From Girardia tigrina (taxonomy: Eukaryota): 64,000 nucleotides of DNA. Position numbers and translations under genes: made by a program. The notes under the pieces were generated by a model. It saw only the letters and a list, made by a program, of their open reading frames with translations. It was not told the origin of the DNA and searched no databases. This document shows, piece after piece, positions 13,150 to 25,211 of this stretch. How positions within the stretch are numbered: position 1 is the stretch's first letter; each line of letters begins with the position of its first letter. The stretch lies in contig MQRK01213424.1 of assembly GCA_001938485.1 (NCBI GenBank), forward strand, positions 1 through 64,000, given 5' to 3'.

Positions 13150-13650
13150 CATGAATCGTCGATTCGTTCTTTTCCAACTTCTTTAGGGAAAGTCTTTTTT
13201 CAACAGTCAAATCATTTTCTTTATCATTAAGAACTTTGACAAATGAATTCTCAAAATCAGGTGAATGGACAATTTTAGCATCCGATCCAAGATATTGTTT
13301 CATGGCTGGATTTGTAATGATAACCCGATCAAAGCAATTTCTTGCATCTAATAAAGTCAATGAAGGGCTCTGCAGATAAACAGTTAACTGGTTCAATAAA
13401 TTTAGCTCGTTCATTACAGTTTTAATTTGCAATATTTGGATACAATATGGCATAAATAAGGCCAAATCGGGATAAATGATATCAAGATACTCCTGAATTT
13501 CAAAGAATCTTTCCAGCATATTGAAAAAACTTCATCAGCGTGTCAAAATTTTCGAAATGGGTCGTAACGGTGTTCGTAGTATGAATTTTGCTATTTTCAA
13601 AGGCGTTGACAAAGCGTCAACCACATCCTTTACTCGTAAATAAAGATGGA
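13150..13650 (-). pseudogene. hAT-like transposase fragment
   Basis: Degenerate TRWSS region followed by MLERF...TVYLQSPSLTLLDARNCFDRVIITNPAMKQYLGSDAKIVHSPDFENSFVKV. The ORF tail below 13150 is antisense Gypsy integrase. Confidence 0.65.
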
Positions 13651-15054
13651 ATTGTCAAATAAACTGGTTAAAGGATTCGGCTGTTGTTACCAATAGTTGA
13701 GGATCCTTGACTTTGGGCATAATTTTATGATCGTTAAGTGAAGTAATCGAAATGATTTATTGTGGCACCAAGACAATTAAATACAACGATCTAAAAAACA
13801 AGATAAATATCAATAAATTACTTTCTGACAGCAACACCAAACAATCGCATAAAATGAATATTTAAACAAATGAAAATTTAAAACAAACATACCCCAGGAA
13901 TCACTTCTAGATTTTTGCTGAGATGATATCTTTTTAGTCATTTTTACTTCACTTTTGAATGTGAAATCATCGTTCAATCATCTCTACACATCTTTTTATA
14001 ACTGGTATAATAAGCTGTGAATAAACTATATTAAATGAAATGCATCGATTAAACTACGATCTCTGACCAAAATCTTAATCATTTGTTTGATTTCAGCCGC
14101 TGAAAAAACCAAAAGATGACACAGTAGAATTTTCTTTAACCAAGTAGTAGTCACACATCAAATTTTCTCAAACCGAACAATGAGTGATTCGCTTTTAGTT
14201 TGTTGTGCATTTCTTCCCTTCCACATGTCATACACCGGCCCATCTTACATCATAATTAATATCGGGGCCCCTTTATCCTCTAAATTATCAACCTCAAGGT
14301 TTAACTCAAATTTAGCGATCTAACACTCGACATTCATTGAACCACTGAATTTCTTTAGATTCTTAATTGTTTTCATAGCCACTACAGTTTATTACAAATT
14401 GATAATAAGACTCTCAAGAGATTTATTGGCATCTAAATATTTATTTTATTTAAAGAAACATAATACCAATTATTTAAATATAATTACAACATATTACTGC
14501 ATCATTTCATAAAATTTTTACACGTTACAATATTTTATCCTATTAGCATTTAATTAGTATGGATTATCTTTACATATTAAGTTACATACAATAACTAAGT
14601 TTAAGTTAAAAAGTTGTTTAGAGCAAAGCAATTATGTTTCTGCATCAGCCATTATAAACAGCTATAATTAATATCATTATTTCGTTTCAAAACCCAGTAA
14701 AAGATTTATAACTTGAATTACCCTGCAAATTGACCGTTACATTAAAACAAAAGTTCAATTTAAAAGCCAGAAAACTTATTTATCTATAAAAATATTTTAA
14801 CATTAAAAACAGACTAAAAATTGCATGTTAAATACAAATTGTCTAATTGTAATAAAATTTTAAAAATAAAATCGATTTTATTCAAAATTTATTTACTTAA
14901 AAAAATTATATTCCGTTAAAAAATTCTTATTAAAAATATATATATATATATATTAATACAAATTATTTTCAAAAATATTATTAATATATTTAATACAATT
15001 TCTTATCAAATATTTGTTAATTTCTTTTAATCGGTCGGGTTCCATTATTTCGTC

Positions 15055-15557
15055 ATGAGTGTCAAAGTGCATGTAGTATACTGGTAAGTGAGTTATTGAA
15101 CTCTGTTCTCATCACTTTCAATGTAATCATATCGATTTAAAACTTGTATTTTATTTCAGTGGTGCCTGAGGATACGATATCAAGGTAATCGCGTCTCCAT
15201 GGCAACCATTATTGATTTTTAATATTAATATTCAGTTTCAGAGCCTGAAAAAGGATTTGGAGCTTGAATTTCCCGGCAAATTGACCATTGTATTAAAACG
15301 ATTTTAAATATGAAAAAATATTAAATAATCGATTTCTATTTAAAATAGACTTCGTTTGCGACACCTAATGTGACCGGTTGGTTGGAGGTCGAGGTCAACG
15401 GTGTTCTGATACATTCGAAAAAAGTTTTTTATTGAATCTATAAGAAAAAAGTTTTCATCAAAATTTATTTGTTAATTTTTAGAATGGCGACGGATATGTC
15501 GATAATGAAAAGAAATTGCAGAAGATTTTCGATGCAATTAGTAAAGAACTGAATTAA
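15055..15557 (+). CDS. SELENOW: Selenoprotein W (Rdx family), 85 aa, Sec encoded by TGA 15167-15169
   Basis: Exons 15055-15083, 15160-15184, 15236-15289, 15349-15423 and 15483-15557, all with GT-AG introns. Protein MSVKVHVVYCGAUGYDIKFQSLKKDLELEFPGKLTITSFATPNVTGWLEVEVNGVLIHSKKNGDGYVDNEKKLQKIFDAISKELN has the YCGAUGY, TGxxEVxVNGxLIHSKK and GDGYVD motifs. Confidence 0.96.
15193..15206. promoter_or_regulatory. X-box (RFX-type site) in SelW intron 2
   Basis: GTCTCCATGGCAAC matches the X-box consensus GTNNCC-AT-RGNAAC and sits in a 51-nt AT-rich intron. Confidence 0.45.
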
Positions 15558-15606
15558 ATATTTAAATAATAATTAGAAAATTTAGTTTATTTTTTGTAAT
15601 AAAAAA

Positions 15607-15671
15607 ACCAAAACGATGATGGTTATTGATTAAAATCGTCTCGATTTTCAATGACTTGATGATTATTTGGC
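15607..15671 (+). promoter_or_regulatory. SECIS element (type II) in the SelW 3' UTR
   Basis: Helix I CCAAA/UUUGG; core AUGAU (15616-15620) opposite UGAU (15657-15660); helix II GGUUAUUGA/UCAAUGACU; unpaired AA; apical mini-stem AUCG-UCU-CGAU. AATAAA follows at 15685. Confidence 0.92.
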
Positions 15672-18354
15672 TTTAGGTTTAATGAATAAATTTGTTTCAT
15701 TAGAATTTGTCTTTTTGAATTTGAATTACGATCTTTTTTGATAAATACGAGATTCAAAAATTGTATAAAAAGTGACCATATAAAATTTATTTTGCATTTA
15801 AATATAAATATTTAATGACTTTGTACATTGTATTAATATAACTGAAACTTTATTTTACAATGTAATCATTGTATGTGTCGTTTGTGATTCATAGATAGGG
15901 CTGCCCTCTTTAAACAGTATATGTAATCTTTTTGAGCTGTTAACAATACTTTATTTCATGTTGGCTCTTCAATTTTGGACTTACAAGTGTCATTCTTTTG
16001 ATAAATTTGCCTCAAATTTTTATGATTTGTAGAACTGTATTGTTTATTGAATTCCTATTTTGAATTAGTGATCCTATCATACTGAAATGCATATTATCTT
16101 ATACAAAGTTATTTAAAATTTATATTTTATGCTGCTTGTTTTCATTTTCTGTGATTTTTTCGAAAATATTCTTAAAATTAATTGTGGTACTCCTCATACA
16201 TCATCAGCTACTATAAGTTTTAATTTACAAAATAGAATGAATACCAGGTAGGTTGAAAAAATCATTATACTTTATAGAGATATTTTGGGTTAAATGGTAA
16301 ATTTTTATTTAATTAAAGGATTCAAGTGGATTTTGAATGTTAATTAATGTGTTGTAGTGTCGGTTTGTTAATGATTATGAAAACTGCTATTATGTAAATC
16401 AAAACCTTTTTTTGAATATTAAAAAAACTCATCTTTAGATTCAGAAGGAATTATATTTTTACATGACAGCTAGTCAAGAACCTAACTCAATTCAGGTTTT
16501 GAGATGAAAATCTTTATCTACAATGTTGGGCCAACGTCAACGATGAGGATTACTGGTTAGCAGCTTCGACTCTATCGAGTGAAACTTTTTGGTCAGATAC
16601 TGATTATGCTATGGATAATATTTTCTTATTATTAAAAATCATTTAATTAGTTTTTTTTTGTCTCGGAAAATAAAGTCTCAGTTTTATTTTTTTTAAACTT
16701 AAATTTTTAATAGAATTTTAAAATTTTTAAAATAAATTTAAAAAAATAAACGATTCCGGTAAAATTTAGAAAAAATTAAAATAAAATTTAGAAATAAATG
16801 AAAAATTTGAGTAAATTTTAGAAAATTTAGATTTTTGGTTTATTGTATGTTTTTACTATATCATCATTAGGTGATAATTTTTTTAATTTGGTATTTTAAT
16901 AAATGATTATTTAATATTACGTGGCCCCCAGAGACTTCCAAAAAATATTATTTTAGTCTATGTGTACATTATTAAAATGTTATCTTTTTTCATAAAATTC
17001 GTATTCATGTACCATTTCAATTTGGATTTTGTTATAAAAGGCAATGAAATAAACTGTCGAAGACAAATGAATTATATTTTCGCAAAAATATTCGAATTTC
17101 CCATTGTCCGCACTTTTCCGTTTATTAAAACAACTGTTTAATTGTCAGTCATTTTCCTCATCACAGATTTAATTATTAATTTTGGCATTATTTAATAATA
17201 AAATAAGTAATTGAAAGTGGTCTTTTAATTTAATAGTAATTACAATTCTTAGGTTTTTAGCGGAATTTTCAAATGAAGAAGCGTACATCTGAGTATTGTA
17301 AAATCGATGTTTTTTTTCAAAAAATAAAAGCAATCAATTAAGGAAGAACCAGTGAACTCATCGAAACAATTGATAGCACTTCAATCTCAAATTTTATATT
17401 TTCTTGCACCAGTGACTCTGTCAGAGAAGTAGAAACTTTATATTCACAACTTGATATTGGTAATGCCTGCTGTTGGGGTGAACTTTAAATTTTTGATATT
17501 TTTTTAAAAATCATATTTATATTTTAGATAAATTAAAAATAATGTTCGACTAATTAAAATGAAATAATCTTTAAATAAAAATTTAAGTTTACAGATAATA
17601 TTTTTTTCTTATTAAAATAAATAAGATTTTATAAAATATATTTTATAGGTATCATTTCTACCAATTAAATTGAAATAATTTTTGTAAAAATTATATTTCA
17701 CAGATAGTATATTACTAATTAAAATGAAATAAGTTTTGTAAAATTTTAGAATAATGATAATATTTTAATTAAATTGAGACAAATTTTTATAAAAATTAAG
17801 TTTTAGAAATTCACAATTGGAGTGTCATTTTCGAAGTTAAAGGATATTGTAAAGAAGATTTCGATATATTTTGTATTTAAAATCATAATGTTTGTTGAAT
17901 TTAATTGTCGTTAAAAGTTTTAATTCGGTTTTTTAATTTTTAAAAAACAAAATATTTTTGTCCAAAAAACTTAATGATTTAATTTTTTAAAGAAAGTTGT
18001 TGAAATGTTTTAAATCGTAATATGGAAATTTTATTCTCAAATAAAAATAAATTAGGTTATAGAATTTATAAATTTTCTTTTCATAATACCTTTTTAATCA
18101 AGATTAAGTAAAATAAATTTTAAAAACTAAAAGTAATATTACTTATCAGAAAATAAACTTTAAAAAGAATGCAATTTTTATTAAAACCAAATAAAGGGTT
18201 TTATTAAAAAATAATTTATCATCGAATGATTAAAAATCAAAAATATTTAAGAATTGAATTTTTAAAATATTTTAATAAAGATCTAAATTTATAAACCTTG
18301 AAAAAAAGTAATAAAACAGAAACAAAATAAGATTTATGCAAAATTGAAGAAAAT

Positions 18355-18397
<43 letters not shown>

Positions 18398-18521
18398 GTT
18401 CCGCGGCACCAAAATAAATTTTAATGAAAAAATGCCAAGAATTTGGATAGCAAATATACAGAAAACCTTCATGACAAGTGCATGTAGCTCAAAATATGGC
18501 ACAGGGACGTATTAACGTGAC

Positions 18522-18590
18522 TGTAGAGCGCTTTGAGCCGAGTACACTTGGGAATTAGCACTATATAAGAACCCACATTATTATTATTAT
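18522..18590 (+). mobile_element. L2/CR1-type LINE or SINE 3' tail
   Basis: TGTAGAGCGCTTTGAG...AGCACTATATAA resembles the L2-clade 3' stem-loop and is followed by an (ATT)n tail. Confidence 0.45.
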
Positions 18591-19434
18591 AAAAACAAAG
18601 TGCTAAAAATACCCACACCTTCGTACTCCTTAGAGCCATTGTTCTCACATAGTCCAAAGCAAGTTGTTCACCTATATTTGTATCATGCCCCCAGAACGAA
18701 ATCGTATATTTGCCCCTGATTACCAGTAGTATATAAATAATGTCTATCAGTTTTTTCTTTAGTTATTTTTGCATATTGTTGTGTACCACAACATTTTCTT
18801 TTACATAATAAAATTACATTATCAAAAAAAAACATATTTTATTAAAAAACATCTTCAAAAAATCTATTATTTTCATGTAAAAATTATGCTTTTGGTGTGT
18901 CGAACAATTATTCATTTTTATGTATAAAAACAATACATTAAAAACGGTGTTGTTTTATTTTATTAATTAATAAAAATTCAAATGATCGAACTGTCGTTTT
19001 TGTAAAAACAAAACCTCTTAATTCATTTCATTTACTCGACGATTTTAAATCAATAAACCATAATTTACCGCCATTTAAATTGTGCGCGGGACAAATTCAG
19101 CGAATTGTTTTCCGAACAAAAAATGACCGAAATAAACAAAATAACGACTCTAAATGAATCGATGGAAGCGGCGAAATTCCACATCAAAAAATTCACGATT
19201 TACTGCGGTCCGTGGAGCTAGCGGACGCATATTTGGGCAGTGATCAAATGTCATTAACGTTCGTCAATATCGTCATTGATGGAAATTTGTCCACACTGAT
19301 CGAGTGTACCGCGGACGTCCCACAAGCGGAACGGTCGACCCGGCGACCGGTTAAACCGATTTTTATATCGGTTGCCACCACAACCGGGACGGCTCAGGTT
19401 GAGTCGCTATATCGATTAATTATATTATTAAGGT

Positions 19435-20256
19435 GTGTCCACTAAAAAAGTGAACCCAAGGTACATAAAGAAGACTAGCAAGTATCCAGCTTCTGTCATG
19501 GTTTGGGGCTGTTTTTCCCACCATGACCGAGGGGGGCTTACACTGCTCAAATCAAAACAAAGACTCAATACTGATGGTTATATCAAGATTTTAGAAGAGA
19601 AGTTGACTCATTTTATGTGCGTCCATGGTTGTACAATTTTCCAGCAAAAAATGCCCCTTGCCATTGTTCAAAAAAGGCGCTGAAATGGTTTCAGGACAAC
19701 AACATTGAGCTAATTGACTGACCCTCCAACAGCCCAGACCTGAATCCAATTGAACATCTGTGGTCCATCATGAAGAGGAAACACAGAGAGATCGAAATAA
19801 CATCTAAAAGTCAATTAAAAGAGGAAATCAAACGGGAATGGTGCCTAGAGACCACTGCAGATGAGTGCCAGAAACTTGCTGAGAGCATGCCACGCCGTAT
19901 CGAAGTTGTTATCCGAAATAGAGGGTACTCAACCAAATATTGAACTCCATTGACTTAAACTATGATCTTTTAACCCATTTTATCAATTCTTGTTACTATT
20001 TTATCCATTTTATGCCATAATATCCTGATTAACTTTTAACTTGATATTTTATCGTTTTTAAAGAAGTGTATCATTCAATAATTTCTCTCTTTTGATTGAA
20101 ATTAAAAAATCCTGGTATTAATTCTTTACTTAAAATAGATAAAATATACGTTTATAAAGTTGTATTAAAAATTGGGTTGAAAAACTGTTTTTGGTAATAT
20201 ATTTTCACTAAAAATCGCAAAAAAGTGCACTGTCAAAAGACTTTTTTCCAGCACTG
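19435..20256 (+). mobile_element. 5'-truncated Tc1 element (DD34E transposase C-half + right TIR)
   Basis: KYPASVMVWGCF...IFQQ(frameshift)NAPCH...*PSNSPDLNPIEHLW...SMPRRIEVVIRNRGYSTKY* (19943). Ends ...TTCCAGCACTG|TA at 20256. Confidence 0.88.
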
Positions 20257-20575
20257 TAATTTAAAGCCTTTTTAAAAAGTTAAAAATTATTTTGCTGCAA
20301 AAAGAAATGGTTAAGAAAACAATTTTCTTTCCGGATGAATACTCTTAACTAATAAACTCAGAGATTCTTACACGATATCCTTGAAAATAATCCTATTTTG
20401 CATATTATTTTTTCTATTAACATTAACTGTAAAAATCCTTTTTAATTAGAATTTCCATTTTTAAATTATTTTTTTAAAAACTTCTATAAATAAATTATTT
20501 GAACTAACTTTAATTAAAAATATGATTTTACATTTTAAATATTCAAAAATTTAAAGTTCACCAAAAGTGCCTAAT

Positions 20576-20609
<34 letters not shown>

Positions 20610-21025
20610 CTTCTTCTTTTTGACCTTAGCAGTTGGGCCGTGGTTGCGCCCAATTATAAACAAGCCTTCGCCACATCTCTCTATTTGTAGCTTCTTTTCT
20701 CAGACATTACATACTCCATCCACTCTCGCATCCATATAGGAGTGTTGCTCAGACAATAGCCTTATTGATCTTTATTCTGCTCTTGAGATGGATTTCTTTG
20801 AGGTTAAACAATGTGCTAAGTTTAATCATTGTGCTTGTTGCAATACCAATCCGGCTTCTGATTTCTTCTTTGCTTCCTTCGTTTTCTGTGATAATAGAGC
20901 CTAAGCATCTGAAAATCTTAACTTGTTCCAACTTCTCACCTTCAATGTCGATCTCCAGTTTAATCTCGTTGTTATGGTTTCTTGAAACCATTATTTTGCT
21001 TTTTTGTCTGTTGATTTCCATTCCG
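20610..21025 (-). mobile_element. RTE-like non-LTR retrotransposon 3' fragment
   Basis: RT thumb region INRQKSKIM...LEQVKIFRCLGSII...EIRSRIGIA; 3' end GGTCAAAAAGAAGAAG tail. The same 3' end recurs at 34911-35032. Confidence 0.8.
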
Positions 21026-21082
21026 AATTATTTAAAAAATATTAATTTAATTTATTTATTTAAAATTTTACAATTATTTTAA

Positions 21083-21179
21083 CCCCACAATGCGCCGTGA
21101 TTCATATAATATATATTCATTTAAAACTAAATGAATATTAAATGAATAATAATATCATAATAAATTGCGCATTGTAGGG
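21083..21179. mobile_element. piggyBac-type MITE (97 bp)
   Basis: TTAA|CCCCACAATGCGC ... GCGCATTGTAGGG|TTAA. Confidence 0.8.
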
Positions 21180-21611
21180 TTAAATTAGAAATAAATTTAA
21201 ACATTTCATATTTTCAGATAATAAGAATTCAAATATTAATCATCCATCTGGGTAGGAGAGACACAATCCCAAATCAACACACAACATTCAAACACGAAAC
21301 ATCAAACATTCCTCATACTTAGAACAAAATATTTGTTCATAATTTTTATAACATAAACGTGTTTTATTTTAAAAAATAATGGATTAAAATAAAATTTATT
21401 TGAATAAATGAAAAAAAACTCCAAAAGAATAAAATATATATTAATATAAAAAGGTATAGTGTTCTCATAAAATATCAAACAAAACAATGACAATGAGTAG
21501 ACTAGATTGGCCATGCATTTTACACTTCAATAAACCGCTACTCTCCAAACACAACAGGGCAACCAAAAGAACATTCATCAACTCAATTCGTCCAGACAAT
21601 CTCGGGAAGTC

Positions 21612-24600
21612 TCAGTTGACTGCGATAATAATTACAAGAATTAAGGCAACCAGCGCTGCAACAACTGCGTGAAGACCGAGCATGAAATACTTGAACATTC
21701 GACCCTAGATCATTGACGTGATAATTGAACATAAATTATAATGCTTTCATTTAACTTACAGATTGCTTTGGTGGTATCGGCGCGGTTTGAGGAGCGTGAT
21801 TTGTCAACAGAGCCGCTTGATATTCTCCCAGTTCCATTTCATAAGTATGTCTTTTGTCTGATTAATACAATCAATTTCATCCGTTCAATAATTGTGAGAT
21901 TATTCAAAATTATAGATTTTTATTTAATAAAATAACTGTTTTAGTCATAATTCAACAGTATCTATTCTGATATATTTTCCACGTCTTTATCTAATTGAGT
22001 ATGTTAAAAACCTCAAATTATGTATTTTGATAAAATTGTGAAAACATAGATGAAATAAGTTTCATCAAGTAAAAGTAGAAGAGAAGAACTCAAATGTGAG
22101 GCAAAGCAATTAGTCAGTTTTTGCAAGTAAATTTTAAATAAATCTTTTTACTATTATCAAAAATCTGAAATGACTTGGTTTCGAAAATACTGAATTTGGA
22201 TATTAAAGAGATTTATTTAATGATTAGACAGACACGAACTTATGAGTATTAAAACCCAGTGACTCCAAAAAAAAATTCGAAACACAAAAACATGCATTGA
22301 AACTGTGAGGATTTTGGGAAACTCTTAAAGTTTTGAATTAGAGTTAACAAAACATTTAAAATAATTGTTATAGTATAAAAGTAAAAAATAGAAATTTATT
22401 TTAAAATAAGCACAGACGGTAAAATGTAGTACAAAGTTACAATATCAATAATATTAAAAATAAATGTTTTAGATAAAATTTAAAGTAATAAAATTAGTAA
22501 ATTAAATAGTTTTGAAAACGAATTAAATATAAAATCTTAAGAATAGTTAAACAGAATTTAATAAATTTTAATAAAGCAAATACGATATAAAGAAAAATAA
22601 ATATTTAAAATTAACGAAGTTTAATAAAATGCCATTTAAAAGAAAATACAATATTTAAAAAAATACAAAATTAATACATAAAATATTTGAAAAGCGCTTA
22701 TTTTTATAATTTAATTAGTTTTAAATTAAAAAAGTTTTATAAAATGAAGTACAAGTACAGAATTTCGTAAATAATAAATTTACATATATTTACAATTATT
22801 TTGATATTATTGGCTTCTGCAAAAAAATGAAAAATCATTCCTCAGAAATTTACTTAGGTAAAACTTGTTCAAATAATATTTACATCGCTGTTATTAAATA
22901 AAAATTTCAAAAAATGACTTTATCTGAATTCTTATCAGAATATATTCCCGAATCTAACATAACGATAATAGCTAGTGTAAAGGACATGCTCATTCTTAAA
23001 ATTTTTGAAATAATTAAGTTTTATAAATAATTTCTAAAATAAGGAAATATTAATTATAACTAAAAAATATCTTTAATTAATTTTAAAAGTTATTCTGAAA
23101 AATAAATTAATGAAATTTTTGTTGCCAGAGATGTAATTTTAAAAACAGATAATTTTAAAGTCAATTTGAAATTCTGCCAATTAAAAAGTAGATTTAAAAA
23201 ATATTTATAAAAATCCGCCATTAAAATTTTTAGAATTAATGAATCGTAATAAAATAATTAAAAATTTTAAATATTGTGAATTAATTTTTGTATTTAAATT
23301 ATATAAATACTAAAGGACTTTTAATTAAAAAATTGAGCTAAAACATTAAAATAAGTTTAAAATATCTTTTGTAAAGTTTATTAGACATGTAAAAGAAATG
23401 AAACGAATAACTAGTTAAAATAATTTTAGGTAATAAAATATTATTTAAATCGGAATATTTATAATAAATAAAACGTTAAACTCTTTTTTGTTAATTTAGT
23501 TACAATATATTTTGTTGATTTTATATTTTAACGGATAACGCCAATTAGTATCACCAACCCATATAGTATCACGACCCAAATAATATCACCAATTAAAAAA
23601 AAAATTTTAGTGATACTATTTAAATAGTATCACGGCCCTATTAGTATTACTATTTAAGTTTTTAAAAATCGCTTGAAAAAAAATCATTAATTTTTAGTTG
23701 TAGTAATGAAATCAACTGGTTTAGTTCAATGAGAGTAACAGCACTGATTTCTATTTGGGCAGATGGTAGGAAGGCAAAGCCTTTGGTAATCCATAAAGGA
23801 AAGAATAGAAGTCCTATTTGTAAACAAAATCGTATCTTGCATACTACTCAATCAAAATCCTGGGTTAACCAAGAATTAATTATAAAGTGGATCGAACATA
23901 TGTTTCCTTTGATTGATTTAAGCAACGGTAAGTGTATTATTTGTGATTTGTGTCGAGTTCATTTAGGCCTACAAGTAAAAGAACATTGTATTAAGAGAAA
24001 TGTTGAAATGATCGTGATCCCAGGGGATTGACACCTTATCTACAAGCAGGAGATATAAGAATTTTTCATTCCTTGAAAGATTTGATATTTTCGTATTAAT
24101 GAATGGAAGATCTCTGATTCTGTTGTTTATACCAAAAATGGTAATCCAAAACCATTGGAAGTACTTTAAAATTACTTTTGTTGGGGCCAAGTATTAACGT
24201 TCGGGCCCATAAGAACGCGCCGCAAAATTCCAGCACACAATCTCCAATTTTGGTCCTTAAGAGGACCGTATTTCTTTCGCAATTATTTGAATCATTTGAG
24301 GAACCACCGATGAAATAATCTGGTTGAAACAATTTCCCAAGATTCGAATTCATTATGTAGTTGAGAGTGGTACTGTTCAATTCAACCATGACGCTGATCG
24401 GCACACACTTTCCATGAATTTCAGAAACAAAGTAAACGTAAATTATACGTAATTGCAAATCACTGTCACTTTCGTAAATACCAGTGGTCGATTTGCCAAT
24501 GTGTTCGATGATGGTTATTTTACAAAACGTCGTTCCAATACTGTTTCCACAACTTTGAAATATTCTCATTAATTCATACCATTGATCATGAATGTCTTCA

Positions 24601-25167
24601 CAATTTTTAATAGGTTCTGAATTTTCGTCAGTTTCTTTGATATGTAATCTCCGATCGGGAATTCTTACATGATTATCTTCAAATGTCTTCATAAAATAAT
24701 CCGCATTAAAAATATATTCAAATGGAAAATTCATCTCATCTCTAAACATAATTTATGTTGAATCGAATATATTTATTACTATAATTAAAAATCGATATTT
24801 CTATATATCTTTTATTTTTATCAAATTGTAATTATAATTAATACATTATAACAAATAACATTATTAATCAGATTTTCATTTCCATTTTTTTACATTTTTC
24901 TCTTTTCTTAATTAACAAAAGTAATTTTAAGTAAATTCTTTTTTTCTTTCTTTTTTAACCGTAATAAATATATATACAGTAGATACCGCTTAAAGAGAAT
25001 ATTTTTGGGACTTGAAAAAATATTCTCTATAACCGATATTTCTCTTTAACAGATACTTTTTTATAAGGATAATTTTTAAAAAAATANNNNNNNNNNNNNN
25101 NNNNNNNNNNNNNNNNNNNNNNNNNNNNNNNNNNNNNNNNNNNNNNNNNNNNNNNNNNNNNNNNNNN

Positions 25168-25211
<44 letters not shown>

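Larger units (their letters stand above)
4050..13150 (+). mobile_element. Second Ty3/Gypsy element, decayed and split by nested insertions (gag-PR-RT-RH 4050-6313, RH 9330-9481, integrase ~12199-13150)
   Basis: CCHC knuckle CSNCNAPGHLWYQC; protease LLDAGA (4692-5024); RT/RH 5375-6217 (YLD with one Asp deleted, DTDAS). RNase H rejoins in frame across 6313/9334 (ELLAIFPFT|QHFKNYLYG). Integrase remnants: RFSRYV...HVDHGKVFES...PYHHSSNG. Confidence 0.88.

Noticed and set aside
16540-16600. CGATGAG...GAAAC as a hammerhead
   Set aside because: It lacks the CUGA core and a convincing stem II/stem I. The region reads more like an unidentifiable coding relic.
21612-21614. FRRS1-like TGA as a second selenocysteine codon
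   Set aside because: It follows the terminal TM helix where the family normally ends, and no AUGA/AA/GA hairpin was found downstream.
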